Shown here: one piece after another, positions 31,437-41,642 of the stretch
Layout of the letters: every line of letters starts with the position of its first letter
How positions within the stretch are numbered: the first letter of the stretch is position 1
Assembly: GCA_963848135.1 (NCBI GenBank)
Contig: CAWKCK010000004.1
Span: 248,001-305,706, forward strand
DNA length: 57,706 bases
Origin: an uncultured delta proteobacterium
GTDB lineage: Bacteria > Desulfobacterota > Desulfobacteria > Desulfobacterales > SG8-13
Reading direction: 5' to 3'
Notes under the pieces: generated by a model
What the model saw: only the letters and a program-made list of their open reading frames with translations
Databases searched by the model: none
Told to the model about the DNA's origin: nothing
Made by a program: the position numbers and the translations under genes

Positions 31437-31586
31437 CCCGGATATTTTATGAAATCTTTTCTTCTTTTTTCTAAATATCCTAAGTTGCTAACTGCAGCCT
31501 GACTATTATGCTTCAATTTCAGTTCAAGTATCTAAAATTTCCTGAATTTACTCATAGTGTAGAAAAGATTTCATAAAATATTCGGG
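31437..31586. mobile_element. MITE family A, internally different 150-bp copy
   Basis: Ends CCCGGATATTTTATGAAATC / GATTTCATAAAATATTCGGG; right part matches ~37110-37173. Confidence 0.7.
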
Positions 31587-31620
31587 TAGAGTCGGAAGTT
31601 GCCTATCCCTGAGATGGGTT

Positions 31621-31896
31621 CTACTGGATTTGCGACAGGATCGAATCCGCTTGATGGATAAGCAGATCGGCTTGTGTGTCGTCGAGTATTTGTGTTCTTT
31701 GATTATTGACCTCTTGAATAAACGCCCTCAAGTGGTGAACGGTCAAGACGTCGATTTTCTCATTGAGATAATCAAGGGCAAACAGAACCCGATCGAGTTT
31801 TATATCCACAGAATTGGATATTGAGGCCTGGTTGTTTATCGAAATAACGGATTGGAGCAGATTCTTGATCATGTACTCGGGATGAAAATCCAGCAT
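31621..31896 (-). CDS. Hypothetical helical protein, sigma54-dependent
   Basis: GGAGG RBS before ATG 31896; consensus sigma54 site upstream. Confidence 0.65.
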   Translation of the reverse strand: MLDFHPEYMIKNLLQSVISINNQASISNSVDIKLDRVLFALDYLNEKIDVLTVHHLRAFIQEVNNQRTQILDDTQADLLIHQADSILSQIQ

Positions 31897-32016
31897 GTTT
31901 CGCCCTCCTTCCATCGGGAAGTTTTACAACATCCATAATATTCTGTAAGAATCAGGTTCGGTGTTGTCGTCACGCGAATCCTAAAGCAGATGGGATTTCC
32001 TTGTAGTGTGGTGACA

Positions 32017-32033
32017 AGCAAGCGATGTGCCAG
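32017..32033 (-). promoter_or_regulatory. Sigma54 promoter
   Basis: Minus strand reads CTGGCACATCGCTTGCT, the consensus TGGCAC-N5-TTGC. Confidence 0.8.
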
Positions 32034-32142
32034 TTTTTTAAGTTTCTTTAAGTATTCTGAATTAATAATAAAATGACGATACTGGCAAATTTATCAAAGA
32101 AAAAATTATGAAAAAAAGTACAGAATTTGGATAATATTTTCT

Positions 32143-32382
32143 ACCTAATTTGAGCGATTGTCGAGGTTGCCGCAGCTACAAGGAAGATGTCGTTCCGTCC
32201 CGCCGTTGGCGGGATCAGCTATGCGGGACGGCATATGACACTGTAGATTCGGCAACCCTCCAGAGGCGGATAAAGATCGGCAATCCCGACGGGTTTCAAA
32301 TTTTAAAATCAAACGATGATAGAATTCCTTAAAACTAAAATAGTTCCCCCTCCATTTAAAATTTGAAACGCTCATTTTAGGT
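32143..32382. mobile_element. MITE family B (reverse orientation)
   Basis: Direct repeat of 32668-32906; termini ACCTAATTTGAGCG / CGCTCATTTTAGGT. Confidence 0.8.
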
Positions 32383-32594
32383 TTTACTCGTATGGAGTTA
32401 AATGTTGAGGAAACACAATATTGAAGGTGCCAACGAAGTAGTCATTCGCTTGAGAGTTCTGACAACTATCTTTGCATGTGTTGGCTTATCTGCTCACGAC
32501 TTCCACTCATAGGCGATTAACTATGAAAATAATAAGAATGAAATAACAGCCTATTACCCGTTTCTCCGGCTATATTTGATCACATTATTCATTT

Positions 32595-32611
32595 CTGGCA
32601 CCGATTCTGCT
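32595..32611 (+). promoter_or_regulatory. Sigma54 promoter facing the receiver gene at 33001
   Basis: CTGGCACCGATTCTGCT (GG-N10-GC). Confidence 0.65.
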
Positions 32612-32667
32612 ATTTTTTATTCTATTTGAGGTTCAGCGTTTCGTTTGACAGCCCTCGAAGATTCAAA

Positions 32668-32906
32668 ATCAAAATTTGAGCGATTGTCGAGGTTGCCGCA
32701 GCTACAAGGAAGGTCTCATTCCGTCCCGCCGATGGCGGGATCAGCTATGCGGGATGGCATATGGCGCCGTAGATGCGGCAACTCTCCAGAGGCGGATAAA
32801 GATCGGCAGCCCCGATGGGTTTCAAATTTTAAGATCAAACTTAAAAGAATTTTTTACATATAAAGCAGTTCCTCATCCATTTAAAATTTTAAACGCTCAT
32901 TTTGGG
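32668..32906. mobile_element. MITE family B (reverse orientation)
   Basis: Direct repeat of 32143-32382. Confidence 0.8.
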
Positions 32907-33000
32907 AAAATATATCACAACACTGTGGTCATATTTTTTTGGGAGAGCACTCTGAAAGGAATCTATAGAATTTTCGGGTGAGCAGGTGGGAGGTAGAACG

Positions 33001-33501
33001 ATGACGGATAGCCTGAGGGGAATAAAAATTTTGATTGTCGATGATGAGCCGGATGTTTTGGAAGTGCTCAGCGAATTGTTAAGCCAGTGCATCATAGACA
33101 GTGCCGATAGTTATGATACTGCCAAACAATTGCTTGCCGAGAAAACATACGCGGCTGCGATCCTGGATATTATGGGCGTAAACGGATATGATCTGCTCGA
33201 ATTATGCCGGCAAAAACAAATCCCGGCGATCATGCTGACAGCGCATGCCTTGAGCCCCGGGAACTTGGTGGCCTCCATCAATAAAGGGGCCTATGCATAT
33301 ATACCGAAAGACGATATGATTAATATCGACAGACATCTTGCCGAAGTCATTGCAAGCGGGGGTGAAACCGCCTCCGGATCACAACATTGGTTCAAGAAAC
33401 TGGCGCCGGTTTTCGACAAGAAGTTCGGTCCGGATTGGAAAATTAGAAACAAAGAGTTTTTAAAAGAGTTCAATCTCGGGCACACAATAAACGATCTGTA
33501 A
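33001..33501 (+). CDS. Single-domain response regulator, paralogue of 30184-30657
   Basis: IVDDEPD, LDIMGVNGY, MLTAHALS, YIPK and KFGPDW; GGAGG RBS. Confidence 0.9.
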   Translation: MTDSLRGIKILIVDDEPDVLEVLSELLSQCIIDSADSYDTAKQLLAEKTYAAAILDIMGVNGYDLLELCRQKQIPAIMLTAHALSPGNLVASINKGAYAYIPKDDMINIDRHLAEVIASGGETASGSQHWFKKLAPVFDKKFGPDWKIRNKEFLKEFNLGHTINDL

Positions 33502-33814
33502 AGGCTCTTATAGCGGTTTTGTAAGGATCAAAATCTTTACTTATCCGGGGGAGTACCCGGAGAAGGGATCAACGCTGTGAGGAAATGCGGTGAACCGAAC
33601 AAATTTGCGCATCCAATATCGAAATCCGAAACAAGAATGACACCCGAATAATCATATTCGGTTTTTGTTTGTGTACAGCCGGTTCCCGAAATGGTAAAAA
33701 TACGAATAAATCTATCAAATTGCGCCCATGGTAGACCCCTGAAACCTGAGCACGTAGATTTCACGAAATGTGAGGACGATTGTATTCGAAACGGTTGTGG
33801 AGGTAGCTGACACC

Positions 33815-34684
33815 ATGCTGAATCTCGAAAAGGTCAAAATGGACTACTGCAAGGAGCAAATAAGAAACGCATATACACGCAATTACAGTGACATGGAACG
33901 GGAACTTGGCAATGTCATTGTCTGGTCATCACACCTGGCCCTTGAAATTATTGCCAATTCCGACGCCCTGTATCACAACGTCGAACACACAGTCATGGTC
34001 GCGCTGGCGGGTCAGACCATACTGGAAGGCAAGCACCTGTCTGAGGGTGGCGTTGCTCCCCGGGATTGGGCCAATTTCATGATCGCGCTTCTGTGCCACG
34101 ATATCGGTTACGTGAAGGGAATATGTAAGGGCGATGAAAAAGATACGATTGCCACCGGTGTTGACGACAACAGGGTCACCCTCGAACCGGGTAGGACGGA
34201 TGCCTCCCTGGCGCCGTATCACGTTGACCGGAGCAAACAGTTCGTGCGCGAAAGATTCGGTAGTGAAATGCTGGCAAACGGCCTTATCGATGCGGGATTA
34301 ATCGCAGATTACATCGAAATGACCCGTTTTCCGGTACCGGATGATGATTTTTACAAGGATACCAAGGGTTATCCCGGATTGGCACGCGCGGCGGACTTCA
34401 TCGGTCAACTGGGAGATCCGTATCGTATTCAGAAGTGCTCAGCGCTATTTTTCGAATTCGAAGAACTTTGTCTCAATCAATTGCTCGGATACGAGACGCC
34501 CGGGGACCTGCGTGAGAGCAATGCTAATTTTTACTGGGAGCATGTGAACAATTACATACAAGAAGCGATTCGTTATTTGCGTGTCACCCAAGACGGAAAG
34601 CAGTGGATCGCCAATTTGCAAGCCAATGTCTTCGGTGCGGAACACGGCTGCAGCATGGGGCCGTTTGGAGCCAGAGAAAACTAG
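33815..34684 (+). CDS. HD-domain metal-dependent phosphohydrolase
   Basis: YHNVEH, LCHDIGY, YHVDRS and AADFIGQL motifs. Confidence 0.85.
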   Translation: MLNLEKVKMDYCKEQIRNAYTRNYSDMERELGNVIVWSSHLALEIIANSDALYHNVEHTVMVALAGQTILEGKHLSEGGVAPRDWANFMIALLCHDIGYVKGICKGDEKDTIATGVDDNRVTLEPGRTDASLAPYHVDRSKQFVRERFGSEMLANGLIDAGLIADYIEMTRFPVPDDDFYKDTKGYPGLARAADFIGQLGDPYRIQKCSALFFEFEELCLNQLLGYETPGDLRESNANFYWEHVNNYIQEAIRYLRVTQDGKQWIANLQANVFGAEHGCSMGPFGAREN

Positions 34685-34689
34685 TTACC

Positions 34690-34820
34690 GTCCATTAATA
34701 ACCTTTTCTGCAATTTCGACTTCAATCGGCGGAATCTTTTGTACAGAATATGAGAGCAAGCCTCCGCGCAATTTGTTGATTACCTTGAACTTGAATCGCA
34801 CATTCCGGATCAGAAAATGA
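34690..34820. repeat. Intergenic repeat family F
   Basis: Diverged inverted copy at ~38955-39085 (TCAATCGG..AATC, CCTCCGC, CCTTGAACTTG). Confidence 0.55.
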
Positions 34821-34988
34821 TCCGCGCTTTCTATAGAACCGCGAATAACGATTGTTGGAAGAAGCTATTATTCGGTTATCCCTTAAAAATCCGCAGGATT
34901 GCGGATTTTTGCTTTCCGGCGTCTCAGCGGAAAGCAAAATAACTCTCTGCGGACTCTGTGACTCTGTGGTGAAAAAAAGGATGTTAAA

Positions 34989-36452
34989 TTAAGTCTTATG
35001 GGGAAAGCGGATGGTAAAGGTGCTTCCGCCGCTGGCGAGGCACTCCTTGGGTGATGAGACAAACCGGCATTCCTCTATCTTGCCGGGGCAGCAATCTTCA
35101 TCCCGGGGAATATGAGGGCAGCGTTTGCTGGAAAACGTTACCTCGAATCCCAACCGTTTTGAAAACGATTTGATTCTCAACAGGTCCGCCCCCGTGCCGC
35201 CGGCATTAAAGGCATACGGCATCTTTGACGTGTATAGCTCGGTGGGCTGGGTGTGGAAAAACCCACTGAAAATCATTTCCTGATTCGTGGGCGAGATTCC
35301 CACGCCATGATCTGTGATGGTTACAAGCGTCTCTTTTTCACCCTGCTTAACGCTGACCTCCACCATCCCATCATCGGGCGTGTTTTCAATGGCGTTTCTC
35401 AAGAGACCGGTACAGACTTTATCGAGGACGCCGCGGTCGATGCGCAGTTCGGCATCTTCGTCAAAATCCTGAATGACGCACAGTTTACGGTTGCTCATGC
35501 CTTCTTTAGCGCGTTCGCATATTCTCTGCAGAAAAGGGGTCAGTTGAAGCGCATCACCTTGCAAAGCCTGCCATTTTTCCAGGGACTGCAGCCGCTTCAT
35601 CAGTTCGGCCATGGCTTCCGGGTTTGAATCACTCTTTTCATCGATGATCTCTTCGAGTAGATTCAAAGCGACCCGACACGCATCGGGCGTGCAATCATTT
35701 CCGACCTTCTGGCATTGCAGGATATCGTCGATCTGTTCCTGCAGAGCTTGCAGCCGTTTGACGTTACGCTCGCCCCTTACCAGAGTCTTTTCAAGGCCAT
35801 CGAAGTCGCCGGCGGCAGCCTTCCCTTTGATAAGGTGCAATACACCGCTTAGAATCGATAACGGTGTTTTTATTTCGTGAGACAGGTGATTGATCACCCT
35901 CTCTTTGGCTTTATCCAGCGCTTTGAGGTTTTCATACAAACGTGCGTTTTCCAGTGCGATGGTGACATAATAGGAAGCAGCGGTCAGCAGTTCCAGGTCG
36001 CTGTCAGTGAATTCGCCATTTTTTTTGTTCAATGTTTGCAGCGTGCCGATACACTCACGATTGCGATTGATTAGTGGTGTGCACAGGATGTTGCGCGTTT
36101 TAAATCCGGTTTTCTTGTCGACACCGGGAAAGAAGCGCGTATCATTGTATGGATCGTTGATGATCTGGGCGGTTTGCGAGCAGAAAACCCATCCGGCAAT
36201 TCCGCAGTGGGGAGATATGCGAACCGCATTGTTTTTCAGATCGGTGGATGCCAACGAACACAACTGCTCGCTTACTGAATCATAGAGAAAGACCGAAGCC
36301 CGTTCGCTGTTCATGATCTGAGTGGTCTGTTCCATGATCAGTCCAAACAGATTATCCAGATTCATTTCAGAAGTGACGATTTGTCCCAACTCGCAGATCA
36401 TTTTGTATCGTTCAGTCAGGGTGTCGGATGGGAAACGAGCCATTGCATCCAT
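34989..36452 (-). CDS. GAF-domain sensor histidine kinase
   Basis: GAF motifs (GIAG, DKKTGF.TRN, LNKK..FT..D), H-box LSHEIKTPL, N-box NAIENT and D-box DHGVGI. Confidence 0.9.
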   Translation of the reverse strand: MDAMARFPSDTLTERYKMICELGQIVTSEMNLDNLFGLIMEQTTQIMNSERASVFLYDSVSEQLCSLASTDLKNNAVRISPHCGIAGWVFCSQTAQIINDPYNDTRFFPGVDKKTGFKTRNILCTPLINRNRECIGTLQTLNKKNGEFTDSDLELLTAASYYVTIALENARLYENLKALDKAKERVINHLSHEIKTPLSILSGVLHLIKGKAAAGDFDGLEKTLVRGERNVKRLQALQEQIDDILQCQKVGNDCTPDACRVALNLLEEIIDEKSDSNPEAMAELMKRLQSLEKWQALQGDALQLTPFLQRICERAKEGMSNRKLCVIQDFDEDAELRIDRGVLDKVCTGLLRNAIENTPDDGMVEVSVKQGEKETLVTITDHGVGISPTNQEMIFSGFFHTQPTELYTSKMPYAFNAGGTGADLLRIKSFSKRLGFEVTFSSKRCPHIPRDEDCCPGKIEECRFVSSPKECLASGGSTFTIRFPHKT

Positions 36453-36866
36453 TTTTCCACCTTAGTTCGATCATGGGGTTATCGAGTTGAAGCCTTTCGA
36501 ACGATAATAACATTCCGGCGAAAATGTGGATCAGAGGAAACCAGGTCGAACGAAAGCAGATCAGAATATTCAACGTGAGCATAGTCGTCCGCTACCGGCA
36601 TCCGGTCCGAACGAGGGCAGGGCAGAAACCAGCCCAGAAATTTCATGAGATCTTATCCACTCTTTCATCAGATCTTGGCGAGGTACAAATTGTCCCTCGC
36701 TTATACGGTTCATGAGTTTGACCAGTGCCCCGATATAGCGCCTTTTTGGCCGATCGATGAAAAGATTTCATGCGCGGATGAAAGATGCGGACGATTGCGC
36801 GCTGCTGATGATCCTGTTCTAAATAAGCAAAAGGGTTCACCTTGTCAAAGGAAATATCAGTGCTAA

Positions 36867-37173
36867 CCCGGACATTTCACGTCCCTGAGGGATTCAATGG
36901 CAAGGCACTCAAGGGTGCCGCCGTAGTATACCTACTGCAAGTCCCTGACGACTCACCGAATTACATATAAATAGGCGAGAAATCCAGCTATGCAGGATAA
37001 CGCAGCCAATGGATGCCACAGGGAGCGTCCAAGGGGTGAAAACTTTTCAGCTTTTCTCTAAAATTCATAAGTTGCAAATTGTACTCTGACCAAAATACGT
37101 CCATTTCATGTCATGTATCTAAAATTAAATTAATTTACTCATTGTGGCGAAAAGATTTCATGAAATATTCGGG
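36867..37173. mobile_element. MITE family A, 307 bp
   Basis: Inverted near-identical copy of 2010-2316, with CTAA on both flanks. Confidence 0.85.
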
Positions 37174-37365
37174 CTAAAGCGCGAACCGATTTACTCTTAT
37201 GTCTGAAAACAGGCAGCTTATACCTATACAGGTCGCCCGATAAAAATTATTTGCGAATTGTCTGCGGCAAAAATGATTCCATTTTCGAAGAAATCACAAA
37301 TTGTTAATTCTTGACAACAGGTTATCATCATTTTACTAACTATAGAAGCCAAAGTCTAAAATTCA

Positions 37366-37704
37366 GGATCATCTCCAAAAAAGTTGGTGGTTTTTGCGGG
37401 TAAATTATTCATTATATTATTAGAACAAAAACATAAATTAGCCGCAGACACACGCAGACATAACGCAGACAAACCCTTCATACCCGGGCGACTTGCCCGG
37501 GTAAAATATGCATGCCTTTCAGGCAGAAAAGCAGATGGCCTCGCGCATCGACTGCTTGTTTTGCCTCCGCAGGTCGCGGAGGCAAAAGTCTGTGTCCGTC
37601 AGCGTCTGTCGAGCGAGTGAAGAGAGCGGGCGGCCAATTTAAAAACGCTGTGATTCATGCTTGAGCTTCGCATCAATTTACACCAACTAAATCGGAGAAG
37701 AACC
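37366..37704. mobile_element. MITE family C
   Basis: Inverted copy of 23572-23910. Confidence 0.8.
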
Positions 37705-37787
37705 AAAATCCAAAATCCGAATCACAAATCACGTTTCCAGAATCGTTTTTACGATCATGAAAGAATAAAGATAAGGGGAGGGCAATA

Positions 37788-38334
37788 ATGAGATCAATCA
37801 AAATATTTTTTTTGTTTTTCCTATTAGCTGCTGGCATTCGGTTGTTCTACCGTCTATGATGTCCAGTTTGATTATGACCAGAAAACAGAATTTTCGAACT
37901 TTAAAACCTATAACTGGTTACCGGTTCCTGAAAAAGCGGACATTGATAGCCTTGACGTTATGCGCGTCCAAAAAGCAGTCAATGCCGAAATGCAAGCCAA
38001 AGGCCTGAAATTGGCATCTGAGAATCCGGACTTTTTAATTGCTGAACATTTAGGAAAAAAGGATAAGGTAAGTGTCAGGAATTGGGGCTATGATTATGGC
38101 CCATACGCAGGATACTGGGGGGGATATTGGGGACCTGGGGGAGTGTCGACCTTTCAATATGAAGAAGGATCGCTCATTTTGGATTTCGTCAATCCGAAAA
38201 CGAAAAGTATGATTTGGCGTGGCTCGGCTAAGGCCGAAGTTGATGATGCCAGAACACCGGAAAAACGGGAAGAGCTAATAACTGAAGCCGTGCAGAAGAT
38301 TTTGAAGAATTTTCCGCCGCCGGTTTCGAAATAA
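37788..38334 (+). CDS. DUF4136-like lipoprotein (frameshift in signal peptide near 37820)
   Basis: GGAGG RBS and MRSIKIFF in one frame. LAFGC lipobox, DYD...FKTYNW, YEEGSLILD, IWRG and NFPP in another frame. Confidence 0.75.
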
Positions 38335-38386
38335 GCTAAGCACCGGTTTTTTGAATATAAGGAATTACCATTCCATCGGGACTAAT

Positions 38387-38678
38387 AATCATCGATAAAC
38401 CCCCAGCTTTGGTGGGGAGACTCCCAAAGTTTGACAATTCCAGGAGTTAACCAAAACCTGAGGCGATGATTATTATGAAAAAATAAAAACAGATAGAGAT
38501 CTGTTGTTGATGGAGCAGATACAGCGTAGTAAAAAAGAGTTTAATTGCGGCAAGGTCGATAATTCATTCCTACAAAAAATTACATTCAATGACCGGTTGA
38601 TTGTCTGAAATAGTGGTTTTAAAAGACCGCTTTGAGCGGTTCACAAATCATTCCTCCGGCTTTGCCAGAGGTTATTGA
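38387..38678. mobile_element. IS200/IS605-like non-autonomous remnant
   Basis: Related subterminal hairpins CCCCCAGCTTTGGTGGGG and CCTCCGGCTTTGCCAGAGG plus CCGCTTTGAGCGG, resembling IS200-type ends. No tnpA ORF between them. Confidence 0.5.
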
Positions 38679-39160
38679 ATTCTGAAATCCAAAATAAAAA
38701 ACGCCTTCATTACACTGGTTGGTGAATGCGGCGCTTTTCAGATATTGAAGAGTTGAATTTACTGTCTGTTAGATCAGGTCATATCGAACCATTTCACCCT
38801 TCGAAGCTTTCTTGTTAAAAATTGTTAGAATCCATCTCAAAATGAGGATTTTGGTTCAAGGTCAAGGCGGATCCGAGATTCCCCGCTCTGCGGGATTTCC
38901 CTCCTGATCGATTCTCCATTGTGGGTCACAACCCGCAGGCATGTAGAAATTGATGTGTTTCCGATCCAGAAATGAGCAATTTATTGCAAGTTCAAGGAAA
39001 TCGGCGGCATCGAGCGGAGGCGTACTTTCGTATGCCGCACAAACAGATTACGACCGATTGAATGACTTCTGCATTAGTTTTGAAGCCTTAAATTAAACGG
39101 TTTTTGTGAGGTCGATTTCGAAACATCTCACTCTTTAATTTCCAATGGCAAAAAAATAGG

Positions 39161-39304
39161 AGAATCCATCTCAAAAGGAGAATTTTGGCTCAAGGCCAAG
39201 GCGGATTCGAGTTTTAACCCGCAGGCATACTGTAGTATGTCGAGGATTTAAAACTCGGCCCAACACGGGTATTGGGCTAAAAGACTTCTTTTGAGGTGGA
39301 TTCT
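39161..39304. mobile_element. MITE family E
   Basis: TIR AGAATCCATCTCAAAA / TTTTGAGGTGGATTCT; truncated copy at 38827-~38945. Confidence 0.75.
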
Positions 39305-39307
39305 CAT

Positions 39308-41572
39308 CTATTTGCGACGCTCCCTGAAAGCCCCATCCCACTCCCCCTTCGGCGGTTCTCTCTGGTAAATCCGGCAGCGTATGCCCATCGTTTGAAATGA
39401 TTTATCTTTGGGGTACAATTTCTGGCCGGATTTGAAAATTTCGATGGCCTCCGCCCACTTCTGTGCTTGATAGGCCTCAAAACCATCTTCGTAGATCTGC
39501 AATCGACGTTCTTTTTCTTCCGAGAATACGATTCCGGCTTTACCCATGAGTTCATAAACGCGAACGGGCTTTTCTTTGCCTTTTACTCTCACATAGTCCA
39601 TTTTTCTGAGGCGGAAATGCCCTTCCACCAGATCAGCCGTATTTTCTCCGATTAAAATTTCGGAACCGTACTGTTTGTTTAGGCCTTCAAGCCGGGAACC
39701 CAAGTTGACATCATCACCGAGTGCGCCATAAGAAAACCGATATTTGGATCCTATGTTACCCACAAGCATATTGCCGGAATTAACCCCGGTTCGTGCCGTC
39801 AATTGCGGCCGGTCCAAATCAGCCCAGATTCGTCTCAATTTCTGCAATTTATCTTGCATCGCCAGGGCTGTTAAGCAGGCTCTTTGAGCGTGATCCTCCT
39901 GGATCAAGGGCGCTCCGAATATCGCCATCAGCTCATCGCCGACATATTCCTTGAGCAGCCCTTCGAATTCAAACACATGCTCGGTCATTTCGCTAAAATA
40001 TTCTCCCAAAATATTGATCATTGCATTGGGAGTGTAGATTTCAGAGTAAGATGTGAAGCCGGCCAGGTCACAGAAAAGAACGGTAATGGACCTGACCTCG
40101 CCCCCCAGCTTCAATTGATCGGGATGGTCGAGCATCTGATTGATAACCCGTTTGGATGCATAGCGACCAAAGGCTGATTTGATTTCTTTGCGCTGACGTT
40201 CTTCGGTAAAATAACGAAATACCGTTATCGCGACATAGCTGATGAACAAGACCAATAAAGGGTAAACCATATTCAGCCAAATGCCGGATGCGGAAAAAAG
40301 CCAACTGTTTGTGACGATGTAAATCCCAAAAAGTGACAGTGCGAATAGCGCTCCCTTGAGTGCATTGAGATGGGGTAAAACCATGCCAACCACAATACCC
40401 ATGGCAATGATGGCAACCAAATTAAAGATATCGGCTCTTTTGGGAATATTTAAATAACTTTGGCTGAGGATGTTTTCGGCAATATTGGCATGGACTTCCA
40501 GCCCCGGATGAACGGTGGTGAAAGGCGTGTTCCTCGAATCGTAAATGCCTTCGGCTGTCGCTCCCACCAAGACGATGGCATCATTAAAGGTGCCTCTGGG
40601 AACCTTGCCTTGCAGAATATTGGTGATGGAATAATGCGGAAAGGTTTTCGGTGGACCCAGGTAATTGATGAGCATGCGGCCGTGAGAGTCAGTGGGGATA
40701 AATCTCTCCCCCATGTGGATTCCTTCGACACCATTAATTTCCACCTGTACGACCAGCTGGGGTTGGTCCAGATAATTCCAGACAGACTGTAGGGCCAGGG
40801 GCGGGAAAATGTCACCACCGCATTGGATCACCATGGGTGCCCAGCGGAGCACGCCGTCATAGTCCGGTATCGTATTGAACCAGCCGGCATAGGGGGTGGC
40901 CTGGCTGAGCAGCTCGAGGTTGCTCTCCGGTGCGTACGCCTTCAGATAGGGTGGCTCGGCCGGTTCTTGCCCCTCGGAAATAACAAAGGGATACTTTGAT
41001 GGTTCAATCCTCTTCAACTGGTTTATCATCGCGTCGGGCGAAATCTGGTAATCTGCCCCCGGTTGACTGGTATGGAAGAAATAGCCCAGCACGATGGTGG
41101 CCGATGAATTCCGAATGGCCGTGGCCAAGGCCAAGTCGTAGTCGGCATCTTTCTTGATCGTTTGCAAATACTGCGACACATCGGCATTCGAGGCGCCCGT
41201 CATTTCCAACTTGTTTTCGATCTCATCGATGATCTGCATGCTGGAGTTCTCATCCGGCTCCAGGAAACCGATATCAAATCCAATGACCTTGGCCCCATCT
41301 GATGAGAGAGTGTCGATAAGCTGAGCGAATTTCGCTCGCGGCCACGGCCAGCGCCCTTCAACGTCCAGGCTCTTTTCATCGATCACGGCCAAAACGATAG
41401 GGTAGGTCGGTTTCCGCAATTTACGGGATAGAAAGCGAAGATCGTATGCCTTGAGCTCGATGAATTCCAATATCGGCACACCGGTAAAAAATAGTGCGAT
41501 CACCAGCAGGATACTGCTGAGGGTAATCGAAAAAGGATTGATCGTTATGAAACGGGTGAGAAAAATTTTCAT
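39308..41572 (-). CDS. CHASE2-domain class III adenylate/guanylate cyclase
   Basis: GRWPWPR (CHASE2), TM helices, FCDLAGFT, YVGDE, GDDVNLGSRLE and VKGK motifs. Confidence 0.93.
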   Translation of the reverse strand: MKIFLTRFITINPFSITLSSILLVIALFFTGVPILEFIELKAYDLRFLSRKLRKPTYPIVLAVIDEKSLDVEGRWPWPRAKFAQLIDTLSSDGAKVIGFDIGFLEPDENSSMQIIDEIENKLEMTGASNADVSQYLQTIKKDADYDLALATAIRNSSATIVLGYFFHTSQPGADYQISPDAMINQLKRIEPSKYPFVISEGQEPAEPPYLKAYAPESNLELLSQATPYAGWFNTIPDYDGVLRWAPMVIQCGGDIFPPLALQSVWNYLDQPQLVVQVEINGVEGIHMGERFIPTDSHGRMLINYLGPPKTFPHYSITNILQGKVPRGTFNDAIVLVGATAEGIYDSRNTPFTTVHPGLEVHANIAENILSQSYLNIPKRADIFNLVAIIAMGIVVGMVLPHLNALKGALFALSLFGIYIVTNSWLFSASGIWLNMVYPLLVLFISYVAITVFRYFTEERQRKEIKSAFGRYASKRVINQMLDHPDQLKLGGEVRSITVLFCDLAGFTSYSEIYTPNAMINILGEYFSEMTEHVFEFEGLLKEYVGDELMAIFGAPLIQEDHAQRACLTALAMQDKLQKLRRIWADLDRPQLTARTGVNSGNMLVGNIGSKYRFSYGALGDDVNLGSRLEGLNKQYGSEILIGENTADLVEGHFRLRKMDYVRVKGKEKPVRVYELMGKAGIVFSEEKERRLQIYEDGFEAYQAQKWAEAIEIFKSGQKLYPKDKSFQTMGIRCRIYQREPPKGEWDGAFRERRK

Positions 41573-41642
41573 TATTGGGGTCTGTAGAAAAAAGAAAGTA
41601 TTATGGAAACTCTACCTGGAAGTCATACATATTGTGCATAGA

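Noticed and set aside
32145..32981. ORFs 32150-32332, 32676-32981, 32645-32863, 32145-32375 (also 2213-2425, 4984-5274, 37384-37620)
   Set aside because: They lie within MITE copies and are not conserved as reading frames between copies.
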